The notes under the pieces were generated by a model. It had not been told where the DNA came from, made no database searches, and saw nothing but the letters and a program-made list of their open reading frames with translations. From Candidatus Thioglobus sp. (GTDB lineage: Bacteria > Pseudomonadota > Gammaproteobacteria > PS1 > Pseudothioglobaceae), in contig JAOMCO010000006.1 in the NCBI GenBank assembly GCA_028345055.1, forward strand, positions 232 to 64,231: 64,000 nucleotides of DNA, read 5' to 3'. Shown piece after piece: positions 8,523 through 19,335 of the stretch (positions are counted from its first letter, which is position 1; every line of letters begins with the position of its first letter). The position numbers were made by a program, and so were the translations under genes.

Positions 8523-10367
8523 ATGTTAGCTGCAATAAGAAATAAATCCAAAGGTCCTCTCGCTTATGTAATTGTTGGTCTTATAGTCGTTCCATTTGCT
8601 TTATTTGGAATTCAGGATTATGCAAGTCGAAATCTAAATAATTCTATCGCTAAGGTTGATGGTGAGGATATTGATATTAATATTTATTACCAAGAATTAA
8701 ATTCTCAGCAACGTAATCTTCAGCAGCAATTGGGTGCAGCCTATACTCAGGAAATTGATGATACTCTCAAGCAAAGTCTTTTAGATTCATTAATTAATGA
8801 AAAGCTTATTGAGAACTATGCTAATTCTTTAGATATTGTTACGCTTGATGATGAGGTTAAATCTGTCATTGAAATGAATCAAGCTTTTCTAGTTGATGGA
8901 GAATTTTCCCAAGATCGTTACACGCAGTTACTTAGATTAAATAGCTATACGCCTGCTAGCTATGAAATTGCACAATCTAAAGCATTGAATGGTGAACAAA
9001 TTAAGAGAAATCTTAGTAGTTCAGCTTTTATGTCTTCAGCTCAAGTTAAGCAGCTTAATAATCTTGCCTCACAAGAAAGAGAGGTTTCATATATTGCGCT
9101 TAACACAGAAAATTATATGGATCAGATAAGCATTTCTCCAAGTCAAATTAGTGACTATTTTGATGAAAATAAATCAAACTTTATGGAAGGCAAAAAGGTT
9201 AAGGTTGATTTTGTTGAGATGACTTTGGACGCAATGGAAGAGCCTGCAAGTCCAACTTTTGACGATCTTCAGAATTTGTATGATGATAATGCAGAGCTTT
9301 ATACAAATGCTGAGAGAAGAAAAGCCCAGCATATACTGGTTGATAGTGAAGTGTTGGCTAATGATCTTTTAGATCAGATTAATCAGGGTGCTGATTTTGC
9401 AGATCTAGCAAAAGCAAACTCTGAGGACACTTCATCAAATGAAGAGGGCGGTGATCTTGGCTTTTTTGAGAGAGAGTTAATGGGTGCTGAATTTGATGAG
9501 GCTGTATTTGAAATGAATATTGGAGATTTAAGTGGAGTAGTAGCTACTGATTATGGATATTTTCATATTATAAAGCTCACTGATATAGAGCCTGAGACCA
9601 TGCAGCCTTTTGATGAGGTTGAAGGGCAGCTTGAGACTCTATTTATTAAAAAAGCAAAAGAAAAAATGTTATTTGGCTCTCTTGAAGAATTCATGAATTT
9701 GTCATATGAAGAGTCATTAGATATGGTTGCAGACCAGTTTGGTTTAGAGCTTCAAACGAGTGACTATTTTTCTCAGGGAAGCAATCTTTATGATCCAAAA
9801 TTTGTTGCTTCTGCTTTCAGTCAATCGGTTATTGATGAGGGCGAAAACTCTGAGGTTATGGAAATTAGTCCAGAAAAATTTGTTGTATTAGCCCTATCTG
9901 ATTTGCAACCTGAGCGTGAGAGAGATCTCAATGAGGTTGAGAGTCAAATTGAAACTATATTAAAGTCTCTAACAGCTAAAGAGGTTATTGATGATATAGC
10001 TGAGAGTATTGCTTCATCCCTTTCAAGTGGAGATCAGCAAAGAGCTGATCAGTTAATCACTGACAATAATTTAGAATGGATCACTGAAGGCTGGATTTCA
10101 AGAGCAAGTGAGTTGCCATTTGGTGTAACCTCTTTATCTTTTACTCTTCCAAAGCCTGAAGATGGAAGGCATACTTACAGCGCTGAAAGTGCTAATCGTT
10201 CTAACTCTTTAGTAATTGATTTGGCCGGCGTAAGAATTCCTGAGGGGGATTCAGATACTGGTATTTCAGATCTTTATTTGAGTCAAGAAAACAATGAAAT
10301 GTTTGTATCATTAATTAAACAACTCAGAGATAACGCTGAAATTAGAGTATTTACTGATCTTCTCTAA
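8523..10367 (+). CDS. ppiD: Periplasmic chaperone/PPIase PpiD
   Basis: N-terminal TM (VPFALFGIQDY), SurA-N region and rotamase domain (R.AQHILV, SED..S...GGDLGF). ATG at 8523 preferred over TTG at 8508. Confidence 0.9.
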   Translation: MLAAIRNKSKGPLAYVIVGLIVVPFALFGIQDYASRNLNNSIAKVDGEDIDINIYYQELNSQQRNLQQQLGAAYTQEIDDTLKQSLLDSLINEKLIENYANSLDIVTLDDEVKSVIEMNQAFLVDGEFSQDRYTQLLRLNSYTPASYEIAQSKALNGEQIKRNLSSSAFMSSAQVKQLNNLASQEREVSYIALNTENYMDQISISPSQISDYFDENKSNFMEGKKVKVDFVEMTLDAMEEPASPTFDDLQNLYDDNAELYTNAERRKAQHILVDSEVLANDLLDQINQGADFADLAKANSEDTSSNEEGGDLGFFERELMGAEFDEAVFEMNIGDLSGVVATDYGYFHIIKLTDIEPETMQPFDEVEGQLETLFIKKAKEKMLFGSLEEFMNLSYEESLDMVADQFGLELQTSDYFSQGSNLYDPKFVASAFSQSVIDEGENSEVMEISPEKFVVLALSDLQPERERDLNEVESQIETILKSLTAKEVIDDIAESIASSLSSGDQQRADQLITDNNLEWITEGWISRASELPFGVTSLSFTLPKPEDGRHTYSAESANRSNSLVIDLAGVRIPEGDSDTGISDLYLSQENNEMFVSLIKQLRDNAEIRVFTDLL

Positions 10368-10404
10368 GAAATAATTTAATTGAGCTATTGTTATATTTTG
10401 AGAG

Positions 10405-10818
10405 TTAATCTCTTGGCTTGACCATGCTTTTTATCTCAAGCACATTGTAGTTGGGATCTTCAACAAAGAAAGTTTCTTGCTGATAATCTGTATCCTCAAA
10501 CCTAATATAAGGCTCATCAACAAAGCCCACAGTTGAGGCTACGTTTGATTTAACTCTTTGGTACTCTTCTAAAGGTAAATGTATCCCCAGATGAGGAACA
10601 ATCACATCGCCCATATCGACGCTATGTCTGTGTCTTTCTATGCTATCACTTTGTCTAGGCTTTGATTGGTGAAGTGTGAGTTCGTTGCCCCAAAAATCAA
10701 CATCTTGCCACTTGCCTTCTTCAGCCATATCCAGCTCACAGCCTAATACATCTGTATAAAATTTAATAGTTTTAGTTAGTTCTCCAGCTTCAATAGCTAA
10801 ATGAAATCGATTGCTCAT
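10405..10818 (-). CDS. VOC/glyoxalase-family protein
   Basis: FHLAI...FYTDVLGC, D.DFWGNEL.LH, VPHLG and FFVEDP..NVLEIK. Confidence 0.8.
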   Translation of the reverse strand: MSNRFHLAIEAGELTKTIKFYTDVLGCELDMAEEGKWQDVDFWGNELTLHQSKPRQSDSIERHRHSVDMGDVIVPHLGIHLPLEEYQRVKSNVASTVGFVDEPYIRFEDTDYQQETFFVEDPNYNVLEIKSMVKPRD

Positions 10819-10915
10819 CTTGACCTCTAAAATAGAAAATAATCTTTAAAATCAGATGATAAGTATACTAATAATCTTTAATTTATCAATACAAAAGAAT
10901 TATTTTTTTTAAGAT

Positions 10916-11701
10916 CTATAGGTCAGGGCCTTTCTCGTAGAAATTATATCCAGCATCAACATAGGTAACCTCGCCGGTTACCCCTGATGCTAAGTCAGAG
11001 CATAAAAAGGCGGCCACATTTCCAACCTCCTCAATGCTAACATTGCGCTTTAGTGCAGAGCTTTCAGCTGCGTGATCAAGTAGTTTTCCAAAGCCTCTAA
11101 TGCCGCTTGCAGCTAGAGTTTTAATCGCACCTGCAGATACAGCATTCACCCTAATACCTTTTTCAGCACCCATTGCCGCTGCCATATATCGAACATTGGC
11201 CTCTAAAGATGCTTTGGCAATGCCCATAACATTGTAATTTGGAATTGCTCTGAGTGCTCCTAAGTAGCTCAGCGTTAATAGAGCTCCATTTTCATTAAGC
11301 ATCGGCATTGCTGCTTTTGCAAGAGCAGTAAAGCTATAAGAGCTAATTTCATGCGCTTTAAGGAATCCCCCACGCGTTGTAACTTCAAGATAATTACCAT
11401 CAAGCTCTGCTCTTTCAGCAAAGGCAACAGAGTGAATCAGTATGTCAAAGCTGTCCCAGGATTTTTTTAGCTCATCAAAGGTTTCTTTAATCTCATTATC
11501 ACTGGAAACATCACACGGAATGACAATAGATGATTTACAAATTTCAGCGCATTTTTCAACACGGCTTTTAAGTTTCTCAGTTTGGTAAGTAAAAGCAACT
11601 TCGCATCCATTTGCTGCCATTGATTCAGCAATCCCCCATGCGATTGAGCGATTAGATGCAACACCAACTATAAGCGCTTTTTTACCTGTTAAAAAACCCA
11701 T
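10916..11701 (-). CDS. fabI: Enoyl-ACP reductase FabI
   Basis: [38 protein letters not shown] and [13 protein letters not shown] at 11701 has a GGAGG SD. Confidence 0.96.
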   Translation of the reverse strand: MGFLTGKKALIVGVASNRSIAWGIAESMAANGCEVAFTYQTEKLKSRVEKCAEICKSSIVIPCDVSSDNEIKETFDELKKSWDSFDILIHSVAFAERAELDGNYLEVTTRGGFLKAHEISSYSFTALAKAAMPMLNENGALLTLSYLGALRAIPNYNVMGIAKASLEANVRYMAAAMGAEKGIRVNAVSAGAIKTLAASGIRGFGKLLDHAAESSALKRNVSIEEVGNVAAFLCSDLASGVTGEVTYVDAGYNFYEKGPDL

Positions 11702-11843
11702 GAAACCTCCACAATATTTATAATACAATCAGAGATTAATTATAAACACATTGACTCAATAGTTGCTATTTACTTGATAATTGACAACAAGTGTTTTAAA
11801 GTAAATCTTAAGCACTATTTATTTTTTTTTGGTTGGATTATTA

Positions 11844-12305
11844 ATGAAGCATAGAGGTTACTTTTTATTATTTTTAGCTTTGGTCTTGTCCGATCAATTC
11901 ACAAAGCAAATCTTTATGACGTCTTTTGAGTTGGGTCAGTCAATGGTTATAAATCCATATCTTAGTTGGACTTATCTTCATAACACAGGTGCAGCTTTTA
12001 GTATCTTATCAGATGGCGGTGTTATTGGAAAATATTTCCTATTAGGGGTATCAATTTTGGTTTCGCTTTGGATTATATGGTGGACCCAGAAAACCTCAAC
12101 AATGCATAAGCAAAAATTATTTGGCCAATTCTTTCTCTTATCAGGAGCCTTTGGAAATCTAATAGATAGGGCATTACATGGATACGTAATTGATTTCATT
12201 GATTTGCATGCTAATAGCTTTTATTGGCCTGTCTTTAATTTGGCGGATAGTTTTATTTTTATAGGTGTTGCGTTAATCATTTTTGAGAGAAAATCAAATG
12301 CTTAA
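11844..12305 (+). CDS. lspA: Lipoprotein signal peptidase II
   Basis: DQFTK, NTGAAFS, GAFGNLIDR, VIDFID and WPVFNLADS. Confidence 0.95.
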   Translation: MKHRGYFLLFLALVLSDQFTKQIFMTSFELGQSMVINPYLSWTYLHNTGAAFSILSDGGVIGKYFLLGVSILVSLWIIWWTQKTSTMHKQKLFGQFFLLSGAFGNLIDRALHGYVIDFIDLHANSFYWPVFNLADSFIFIGVALIIFERKSNA

Positions 12306-12354
12306 TAAAATTCGAGAGACTATAGTAATAAGCATAACTGGTAGAATATTAAAG

Positions 12355-12915
12355 ATGAGAAAATCCATTTTAATATCCTCATTATTTCTGTTAAGCATTT
12401 CAGCAATTGCTGATATGCAAAAGATGTCAAGTGCTGGTGAGATCATCGCTCAAGATAGTGAAAAGTGGTCCTGCGTTGTTGACAATAATAACTCACTTAT
12501 TTGGGAGGTAAAGAGTGATAAAAAGGGTGTTCAATATGCACTGAATACTTACACCTGGTTTGATGGTAATAGTGGCAGGGATAATGGCACCTTTACTAAA
12601 AATTGTTACTGGGGTAAAAACTGCAACACTCTATCATTTATCAAGGACGTTAATAAATCACAGTTATGTGGTTTTTCAGATTGGAGATTACCATCAAGAG
12701 ATGAGTTAAACTCTATTGTTGACTATTATGGCGAAGGCGATTTATTGATTGATACAGATTTCTTCCCAAACACTCAGATGGATAGCTACTGGACTGCAAT
12801 TTCAGTTAACTCTAATCCCTCAATGGCTTTTGAAGTTCCATTCTTTTATGGCGGCTCTATGGCAAGGGACAAAACCATTGATACTTTTGTAAGACTTGTA
12901 AGAAGTGCTGACTAG
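12355..12915 (+). CDS. Secreted DUF1566 (Lcl C-terminal) domain protein
   Basis: Signal peptide MRKSILISSLFLLSISAIA. CVVDNNNSLIWEVK, LCGFSDWRLPSRDEL, ID..FFPNT and VRLVR. Start codon inferred. Confidence 0.8.
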   Translation: MRKSILISSLFLLSISAIADMQKMSSAGEIIAQDSEKWSCVVDNNNSLIWEVKSDKKGVQYALNTYTWFDGNSGRDNGTFTKNCYWGKNCNTLSFIKDVNKSQLCGFSDWRLPSRDELNSIVDYYGEGDLLIDTDFFPNTQMDSYWTAISVNSNPSMAFEVPFFYGGSMARDKTIDTFVRLVRSAD

Positions 12916-14599
12916 AGAGATAGATCAATCGCTGTATGAGTCTTATTCTGACGATATACCGCTTATTCTAAAAAGAATATATGCTGCTAGAGGGGTGTCT
13001 GAATCTCAGCTTTCTATGGTGCTTCCAGGACTTTTAAAACCCAGCTTTGATCAGCTTAATATCGCTTTAGAGTTATTAGAAAAATGCCTTTTAGAAGACA
13101 AAAAAATATTAATAGTCGGTGACTTTGATGCAGACGGGGCAACAGCTAGTGCAGTTGCCATAAAAGCATTGAGGCTCATGGGAGCTAAGCATGTCGATTT
13201 TTTAGTTCCGAATAGGTTCAAGCATGGCTATGGCCTGAGTCCTGAAATTGTAAAAGAAGCAAAGAATGAGAAAGAGCCTGATTTAATAATTACAGTTGAT
13301 AATGGCATATCGAGTAATGAAGGGGCAGCATTAGCTAGATCACTTGATATTGATGTCATTATCACTGATCACCATCTTCCACCTAATGAACTTCCAAACG
13401 CCAATGCAATCATTAACCCCAATCTAAGAGGGTGTGATTTTCCATCTAAGAATTTAGCAGGAGTTGGTGTTAGTTTTTATCTATTTTCATCTCTTAAGAC
13501 CTTTTTAGTGAATCAAGGCTACTTTGAAAAAAATAACATTCAAAATCCAGACCTTCGCTCGGTATTAGATTTGGTTGCTCTTGGAACCGTTGCTGACGTA
13601 GTAAAACTCGATCAAAACAATAGAATTTTAGTGAATGAGGGAATAAAGCGTATTCGAGAAAAAAACTGCTCAAAAGGCATCCTAGCGATTTTAGAGTTGA
13701 CTAAGCGCCCTATAGAGTCATTGCAGGCTTCAGACCTTGGATTTACAGTAGCGCCAAGAATCAATGCAGCAGGAAGGCTTAGTGATATTTCCCAGGGGAT
13801 TCGCTGTCTTCTCTCAGAGGATATGAATGATGCTAGAAGGTATGCGCAAACCCTTGAAGAGTTTAATATTAAGAGACGAAAAGAGCAGACAAGAATGCAA
13901 GATGAGGCTCTAACTATTGTAGAAAATCAATCAATCGATGAAAGCCAGTTTGCAATAGTACTTTATAACGATTCATGGCATGAGGGTGTGGTCGGAATTG
14001 TTGCTGGAAAGCTCAAAGAAAACTATCAGTGCCCATCTGCTGTATTTGCAAAAGCTGATGATGTTTTAAAAGGCTCTATTAGATCAATTACTGATGTTCA
14101 CGTTAAGGACTTACTGGATTTAGTTGATAGAGATAATCCAGAACTCATTGAGAAGTTTGGTGGTCACGCTATGGCAGCAGGCCTAACTATTAAGCCTGAT
14201 AATTTTGAAATGTTTAAAGATGCATTTACTAAGGCCATTACTAATCATCTTAAAGGTAAAAAACCAATCATTGAGCTTATGACAGATGGACAGCTTGATG
14301 CTTCAGAAATCACACTAAAGAATGCAGAGCTCCTTAGGCAAGCCTCACCTTGGGGACAGGGATTTGAAGAGCCCATTTTTTATGGTGACTTCGAACTAGT
14401 CGAACAAAGGATTGTTGGTGAGAAGCATCTTAAATGTAATCTAAAGCTCCAAGGCACGAATTCAGTTTTAGAGGGAATCGCTTTTTTTCAAGAAAAGCTC
14501 AAGTCTAAAAATATAAAAGTAGCATACAAACTAAACGTTAATTCTTTTAGAGGAAATGAATCCTTACAGCTGATGATTGAATCCATTGAGAGCTCTTAA
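12905..14599 (+). CDS. recJ: Single-stranded DNA exonuclease RecJ
   Basis: GDFDADG, PNRF..GYGL, TVDNGI, TDHH, GTVADVV, PRINAAGR and GGHAMAAG. Confidence 0.97.
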   Translation: MLTREIDQSLYESYSDDIPLILKRIYAARGVSESQLSMVLPGLLKPSFDQLNIALELLEKCLLEDKKILIVGDFDADGATASAVAIKALRLMGAKHVDFLVPNRFKHGYGLSPEIVKEAKNEKEPDLIITVDNGISSNEGAALARSLDIDVIITDHHLPPNELPNANAIINPNLRGCDFPSKNLAGVGVSFYLFSSLKTFLVNQGYFEKNNIQNPDLRSVLDLVALGTVADVVKLDQNNRILVNEGIKRIREKNCSKGILAILELTKRPIESLQASDLGFTVAPRINAAGRLSDISQGIRCLLSEDMNDARRYAQTLEEFNIKRRKEQTRMQDEALTIVENQSIDESQFAIVLYNDSWHEGVVGIVAGKLKENYQCPSAVFAKADDVLKGSIRSITDVHVKDLLDLVDRDNPELIEKFGGHAMAAGLTIKPDNFEMFKDAFTKAITNHLKGKKPIIELMTDGQLDASEITLKNAELLRQASPWGQGFEEPIFYGDFELVEQRIVGEKHLKCNLKLQGTNSVLEGIAFFQEKLKSKNIKVAYKLNVNSFRGNESLQLMIESIESS

Positions 14600-14607
14600 T
14601 TAAAGCT

Positions 14608-15342
14608 TCAGATTTTTCTACAGTTTCTAACATACATTACTGCCCCTGCCCAATCTTCGACATCGATAAATAGTTTAGCATTTGTGAACGATTTATTACT
14701 TAGATTGATTGGTGTTGATCTTTTATGTTCAGTTAATATTGGATACATTGGATTAATTGGAACTTCTCCATTATCAACATGAAGATTAAAATATGCCATT
14801 TTGCCAACAATGTGGCCCTCATCTGTTAGTTTTAAATTTACCTGATCCCTCAAATAGCTTGGATCTGAAGATAGGCCACCCATTCTCCATTTAGCATCAC
14901 TTCCAAATTCAACATTTGAGCCTCTAATGTCAATATTACCTTCAGCAATATTCCATCCCTCTTCTTTACCCTCTTTAATATTCTCATAAACTATTCTTGT
15001 CATAGTGAAGCGACATTGAAAGTCATCCTCGTTTTGGTTCAGCTTGTATTCACTGAAATCAAAATCTGTTTTGGAGACAACTAAATTAAGTAATTCATCT
15101 AAGACCTCTGGAGCGAAACTTACTTCATAGATTTTGATTTCTAAATTATCACTTCCAGATTTAGAGTTGTTTGATGAGTTGTTAGCATTGCCATTATTTG
15201 AATTATCTTGATTGCAAGTATAAATATAATATGTGCCATCATCAGAAACAGATTTGATGGGCTCGCTCCCATCAGCGCATGAGGATGCATAACTCATTGG
15301 AGACATCATTAGCAACGCAAAAAGTAGAAAGATTTTTTTCAT
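14608..15342 (-). CDS. Hypothetical secreted protein
   Basis: Sec signal peptide, a short Cys-bounded N-terminal module (CADGSEP...YTC) and an Asn/Ser linker. Confidence 0.7.
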   Translation of the reverse strand: MKKIFLLFALLMMSPMSYASSCADGSEPIKSVSDDGTYYIYTCNQDNSNNGNANNSSNNSKSGSDNLEIKIYEVSFAPEVLDELLNLVVSKTDFDFSEYKLNQNEDDFQCRFTMTRIVYENIKEGKEEGWNIAEGNIDIRGSNVEFGSDAKWRMGGLSSDPSYLRDQVNLKLTDEGHIVGKMAYFNLHVDNGEVPINPMYPILTEHKRSTPINLSNKSFTNAKLFIDVEDWAGAVMYVRNCRKI

Positions 15343-15373
15343 AGTTTATTTGAAATAAGGTGACTATTAAATA

Positions 15374-16519
15374 CTATGAAAAAATAAAGTCGTAGACTCG
15401 AGGTAAGTTGGGTGTAAAGAAAACTTTATCTGCGATTAAATCATGCTCAAGTCCGAGAGCATTTTCTATACATGCTGCACACACAGAGCGGTAATCTATC
15501 GTGGATACAAGATCTCTATCTTCAAATAGATCTCTCTCTGCTAATCCTGGCCATTTTGAAATCACTCTGCTTTTGGTAATGGCACCACCAGCTAGAAGGG
15601 CAGCTGAACCCCAGCCATGATCTGTACCCCATGTTCCATTCTCTTTAACTGTCCTTCCAAATTCAGTTAAGGTAAGAATGATGCTTCTATCCCAAGCCTC
15701 ACCAAGACCCTCTTTGTAGCCCGCAATAATGTCGTCAACGATAGCCAATCTCTCGCCATGCCTACCATATTCATCTGCTCCTTGAGATGCATGAGTGTCA
15801 AATTGATCAACCTTGATAACTGATGATAATGGTCCACTCTCCATTGCCATTGCCTTACCAGCATATTTTGCAAGGCTTGCAGGATCTCTGGGAACAACAG
15901 AGTCTTTTTGAGTACTTTTTTTGCTCACTTTATTAAATACTGATGAACCTTCTTTAGCGTGAGCATTTGAAATCATATTAATGAGGTCAGTTGTTAAACT
16001 GCCAGAATTTCTTATGCTTGCTGGAAAAAAATTATCATTTTCATGAGCACCTCTGAGCAAAAGAGGCATATCGAGTGACATTGATCGTCCAGGAGTTTTG
16101 GCAAGATCAAGTGCTCTTCCAAGCCAACCTGTGGTCTCTGAAAAGGGACTTAGGCCTCCACCTTGCATCAAATTTTGGCCTTCGAAATGCGACCTCTTGG
16201 TATAAGGAAAATTGGTTGCGTGAACCACTGAAGCATTATTTTTAGCAAGCAGTCCACTGAAATATTTAAATGAAGGGTGTAGTCCAAAAAATGAATTTAA
16301 TTTTAAGTAGTTTTCAGGTGTTAAACTTTTTCTCATTTTGAATAAGTTTGGATCACCAAATGGAGGTACTGCTGTCAAGCCATCCATCCCACCTTCAAGC
16401 ATGATGACCGAAATCGTTCCAGGCGGCTCGTCTTTTGTAAAACCTGGAAGGGGAAGTCCAGCTAAAAATAAAGAGGCACCTGAAGCTTTTAAAAATTCTC
16501 TTCTAGTTAATTTAGGCAT
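15374..16519 (-). CDS. DUF1501 family protein, Tat-exported
   Basis: TRREFLK Tat motif, LEGGMDGL, GLHPS, RSHFEGQ, FDTH, TEFGRT..ENG..GTDHG and DYRSV. Confidence 0.9.
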   Translation of the reverse strand: MPKLTRREFLKASGASLFLAGLPLPGFTKDEPPGTISVIMLEGGMDGLTAVPPFGDPNLFKMRKSLTPENYLKLNSFFGLHPSFKYFSGLLAKNNASVVHATNFPYTKRSHFEGQNLMQGGGLSPFSETTGWLGRALDLAKTPGRSMSLDMPLLLRGAHENDNFFPASIRNSGSLTTDLINMISNAHAKEGSSVFNKVSKKSTQKDSVVPRDPASLAKYAGKAMAMESGPLSSVIKVDQFDTHASQGADEYGRHGERLAIVDDIIAGYKEGLGEAWDRSIILTLTEFGRTVKENGTWGTDHGWGSAALLAGGAITKSRVISKWPGLAERDLFEDRDLVSTIDYRSVCAACIENALGLEHDLIADKVFFTPNLPRVYDFIFS

Positions 16520-18008
16520 TTTCTAACCCCATAATTTCTGGACTACACATTAAGGCAACAAACTTTCTACGACCACCCTTGACACTATCTACAAGTTCCC
16601 GTGTGACAGTATTGACTCCAATTCTATTCATTATGTCTTCAACTCCTTGAGTAGGAAATCCGCCGTTGTAGAGTGAGGTTGCAAATCTAATTCGACGTTC
16701 AAACATTTCTCCAGAGAGCCACTCTGCTTTATCACTAGAATAGCCATTAGGCTGTCCAGGAAGCCAAAATCCTTGCCCTAGCTCTTCAAAAATTTTCCTT
16801 GTTCTCATAATATTATCATTGTAATCATCATGTTGTTCTTCTTCCCATCCTACGAAGCCATTTGCTCCACTCAGTCTAACAACTTGAAATAGCCAATTCA
16901 TTGGCCACTGAAATTTTGGCTCTTTTGAAGCAATAGCTAGCTCGATGACTGCAGTATGAATTTGATCTAGGTTTCCATTACTATCGCGCCATATTCTGGC
17001 TATATGATCTAAATCTGTATGACTAGGGTTATCACTCACAAAATGTTGAGCTAACTTGAATGTCACATGATTGATAGTATGTTCATGATCTGCAAGAAAA
17101 TCTGTCAACTGCCTAAGTGCTGGCTTACCAGGTCCAAAAGTTTTACCCAGAACGGTTTTGTTGCCAGGTTCAGCATAATTTGTCTTAAAGTAATCCCAAG
17201 AGTTTAGTGTTCCTCCTATTTCCTTAATCTTCCTATTTCTCTCAGATAGAGAGATTAACTGATCACCACTGATTCTTCCAGGCTCTGCACCCCAACCTGC
17301 TAAAATTTTCGCAGCACCCTTTATATCAGCCTCAGTATATTTGACTGAAGGAGATACAGTATGAAGCTCTAAAAGCTCTCTTCCTAAATTATCATTGAGA
17401 CCTGCCTGTCTACCATTTCTTTTTGCCCAAATAGCTTCCTGTGAATTTGGTCCAGCACTATAAATATTATCTAAATAAATCAACATAGATGGATGCGTAG
17501 TGACTTTATATAACATATTTGAAAAATCACTATTGATGTTGGCAAGAATAGCCTCTTCAATCGCATGACCAATGTGGTTACCATTGTCAAAGATATTAGC
17601 AGTTCTGAAATGGTTAGCCCAAAATGAACTAAACCGAAGTCTCAATTGATCTTCACCATAAACATTTCTATGAGCAAATTTCAGCGCATCCAAATCCTCC
17701 ATAAGGTTTTCTTGCCTGTTTCTACTTTTATCAGCTTCGGTCTGAAAACCAGGCATATTCCTGCGAAACTTTTCATTATTTTCTTTAAACGCCCAAAACA
17801 TTTCATCACGCTTTTGAAGACTGGGTTGAAGTGACTTTGGCCACTCTGAAACCTCTGATTTATGATATGACCTAATGCGCTTAATTCCTAGAGCTGGAGA
17901 TTTAGATTGAAGTTGTTGGGTTGCCCATTGTTTTATATCATTCGGAATAGGTGAATCAGGTAAGAACATCAAACCTATTTTTTGAGAAATTCTAAAATTC
18001 TCGTTCAT
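16512..18008 (-). CDS. DUF1800 family protein
   Basis: FWANHF, HPSMLIYLDN, NDNLGRELLELHT, Y.E.D....AKILAGW, KLAQHFVSD and P..PNGY. Overlaps the DUF1501 start. Confidence 0.9.
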   Translation of the reverse strand: MNENFRISQKIGLMFLPDSPIPNDIKQWATQQLQSKSPALGIKRIRSYHKSEVSEWPKSLQPSLQKRDEMFWAFKENNEKFRRNMPGFQTEADKSRNRQENLMEDLDALKFAHRNVYGEDQLRLRFSSFWANHFRTANIFDNGNHIGHAIEEAILANINSDFSNMLYKVTTHPSMLIYLDNIYSAGPNSQEAIWAKRNGRQAGLNDNLGRELLELHTVSPSVKYTEADIKGAAKILAGWGAEPGRISGDQLISLSERNRKIKEIGGTLNSWDYFKTNYAEPGNKTVLGKTFGPGKPALRQLTDFLADHEHTINHVTFKLAQHFVSDNPSHTDLDHIARIWRDSNGNLDQIHTAVIELAIASKEPKFQWPMNWLFQVVRLSGANGFVGWEEEQHDDYNDNIMRTRKIFEELGQGFWLPGQPNGYSSDKAEWLSGEMFERRIRFATSLYNGGFPTQGVEDIMNRIGVNTVTRELVDSVKGGRRKFVALMCSPEIMGLENA

Positions 18009-18049
18009 ACAAAAAGTATATCAATACGATCTATATTAGTCAAAACAAA

Positions 18050-19222
18050 TTATGAAAACTTACCCACTAAAACTTCATTACCTAATGATGGTTTTGCTGG
18101 CATATTAAGAGCAAGTAGAAGTGATAAAACCGCCATTCCTGCACCTGCTAAGAAAACCAATGAGGGAGAATAGAGCCAAATAAGGCCAAAAACGACTGGA
18201 ATAAATACTGCAGCTATATGATTAATAGAAAAAGATACTCCTGCACTAGAGGCTATATCAGCTGGATCCGCTATTTTTTGGAAATAGGTTTTCAGCGCAA
18301 TAGCAATAGAGAAAAAGAGATGGTCTGCAATATATAGAAAAACAGCAAAAGCGCTGCTCTCAACTACCGCATATCCAATAAAGATTAGGGCAAGGCCAAC
18401 ATACTCAAAAATGAGTGAGCGGCGTTCACCAAACCTTTGAATCAGCCTTCCAATTTTAGGAGCTAATGTGACATTAATAGCTGCGTTTGCAAGCAATAAT
18501 AGAGATATTTCTCCAACACTAAATTCAAATTTTTCAACCATTAAAAATGCAGCAAAAACAACAAAAATTTGCCTTCTTGCGCCGCCCATAAACTGTAATG
18601 CATAATATAGCCAGTAGCGTTTTCTTAAGACTACTTTCTTGGTTTGAGTGACTTTTTGTGGGAAGTAAGAAAAGTACTGCCAACAGAATATTGCTGCTAA
18701 GACTGAAAAGCCACCACCCACAAAATAAATCCATAAATATTCTATATCGAATATTTCAAACATTATCCAGACTAAGCTAAATGCTGCAATTGAAGCAGCA
18801 GAGCGAGTAGCAATGACTCTTCCTAAAAATTCAGCAGTTTTGTCTTTATCAATCCACTGCAGAGTTAATGAACTTGAAATTGTCTCAAAGTAATGAAAGC
18901 CAGTTGACATAACTATAGTTGCTAAATAAAAGGTCAAATTCGTCTCCACTAGACCCGTTATTAAAACGCCAAATCCCATCAAACCAAAAGAAATATAGGC
19001 TAGCTTTTGCTCTCTAACAAAGGCTAAAACAAAGATGACAGTAAAGGCTAAAAAGCCAGGAACCTCTCTTAAGCTTTGAAGTATTCCAATCTCCGCACCA
19101 GAAAAGTTAACCTTTTCAATTGCAAAGTTATTGAGTAGATTAAGCCAAACAGCCCAACTCAATCCAGCACCTATGGTCATGATAAGAATTAGAAGTTCAG
19201 GAGATTTACGAGAGATTTTCAT
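18050..19222 (-). CDS. MFS transporter
   Basis: About 12 TM segments, with LQSLREVPGF, GARRQIFVVFA and FSINHIAAV. Confidence 0.85.
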   Translation of the reverse strand: MKISRKSPELLILIMTIGAGLSWAVWLNLLNNFAIEKVNFSGAEIGILQSLREVPGFLAFTVIFVLAFVREQKLAYISFGLMGFGVLITGLVETNLTFYLATIVMSTGFHYFETISSSLTLQWIDKDKTAEFLGRVIATRSAASIAAFSLVWIMFEIFDIEYLWIYFVGGGFSVLAAIFCWQYFSYFPQKVTQTKKVVLRKRYWLYYALQFMGGARRQIFVVFAAFLMVEKFEFSVGEISLLLLANAAINVTLAPKIGRLIQRFGERRSLIFEYVGLALIFIGYAVVESSAFAVFLYIADHLFFSIAIALKTYFQKIADPADIASSAGVSFSINHIAAVFIPVVFGLIWLYSPSLVFLAGAGMAVLSLLLALNMPAKPSLGNEVLVGKFS

Positions 19223-19335
19223 AACGGCATAATATACTTTAAAGTTGCTATCTAAAAGTCATTTAAAGTCTTAATTTTGGTAAAGACAGTCTATCTATCA
19301 AGGTAAAATTGGATTTTTTGTTTTTTTCATGCGGT

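Noticed and set aside
15150-15215. Low-complexity repeat-like DNA in the secreted orphan gene
   Set aside because: It simply encodes an Asn/Ser linker.
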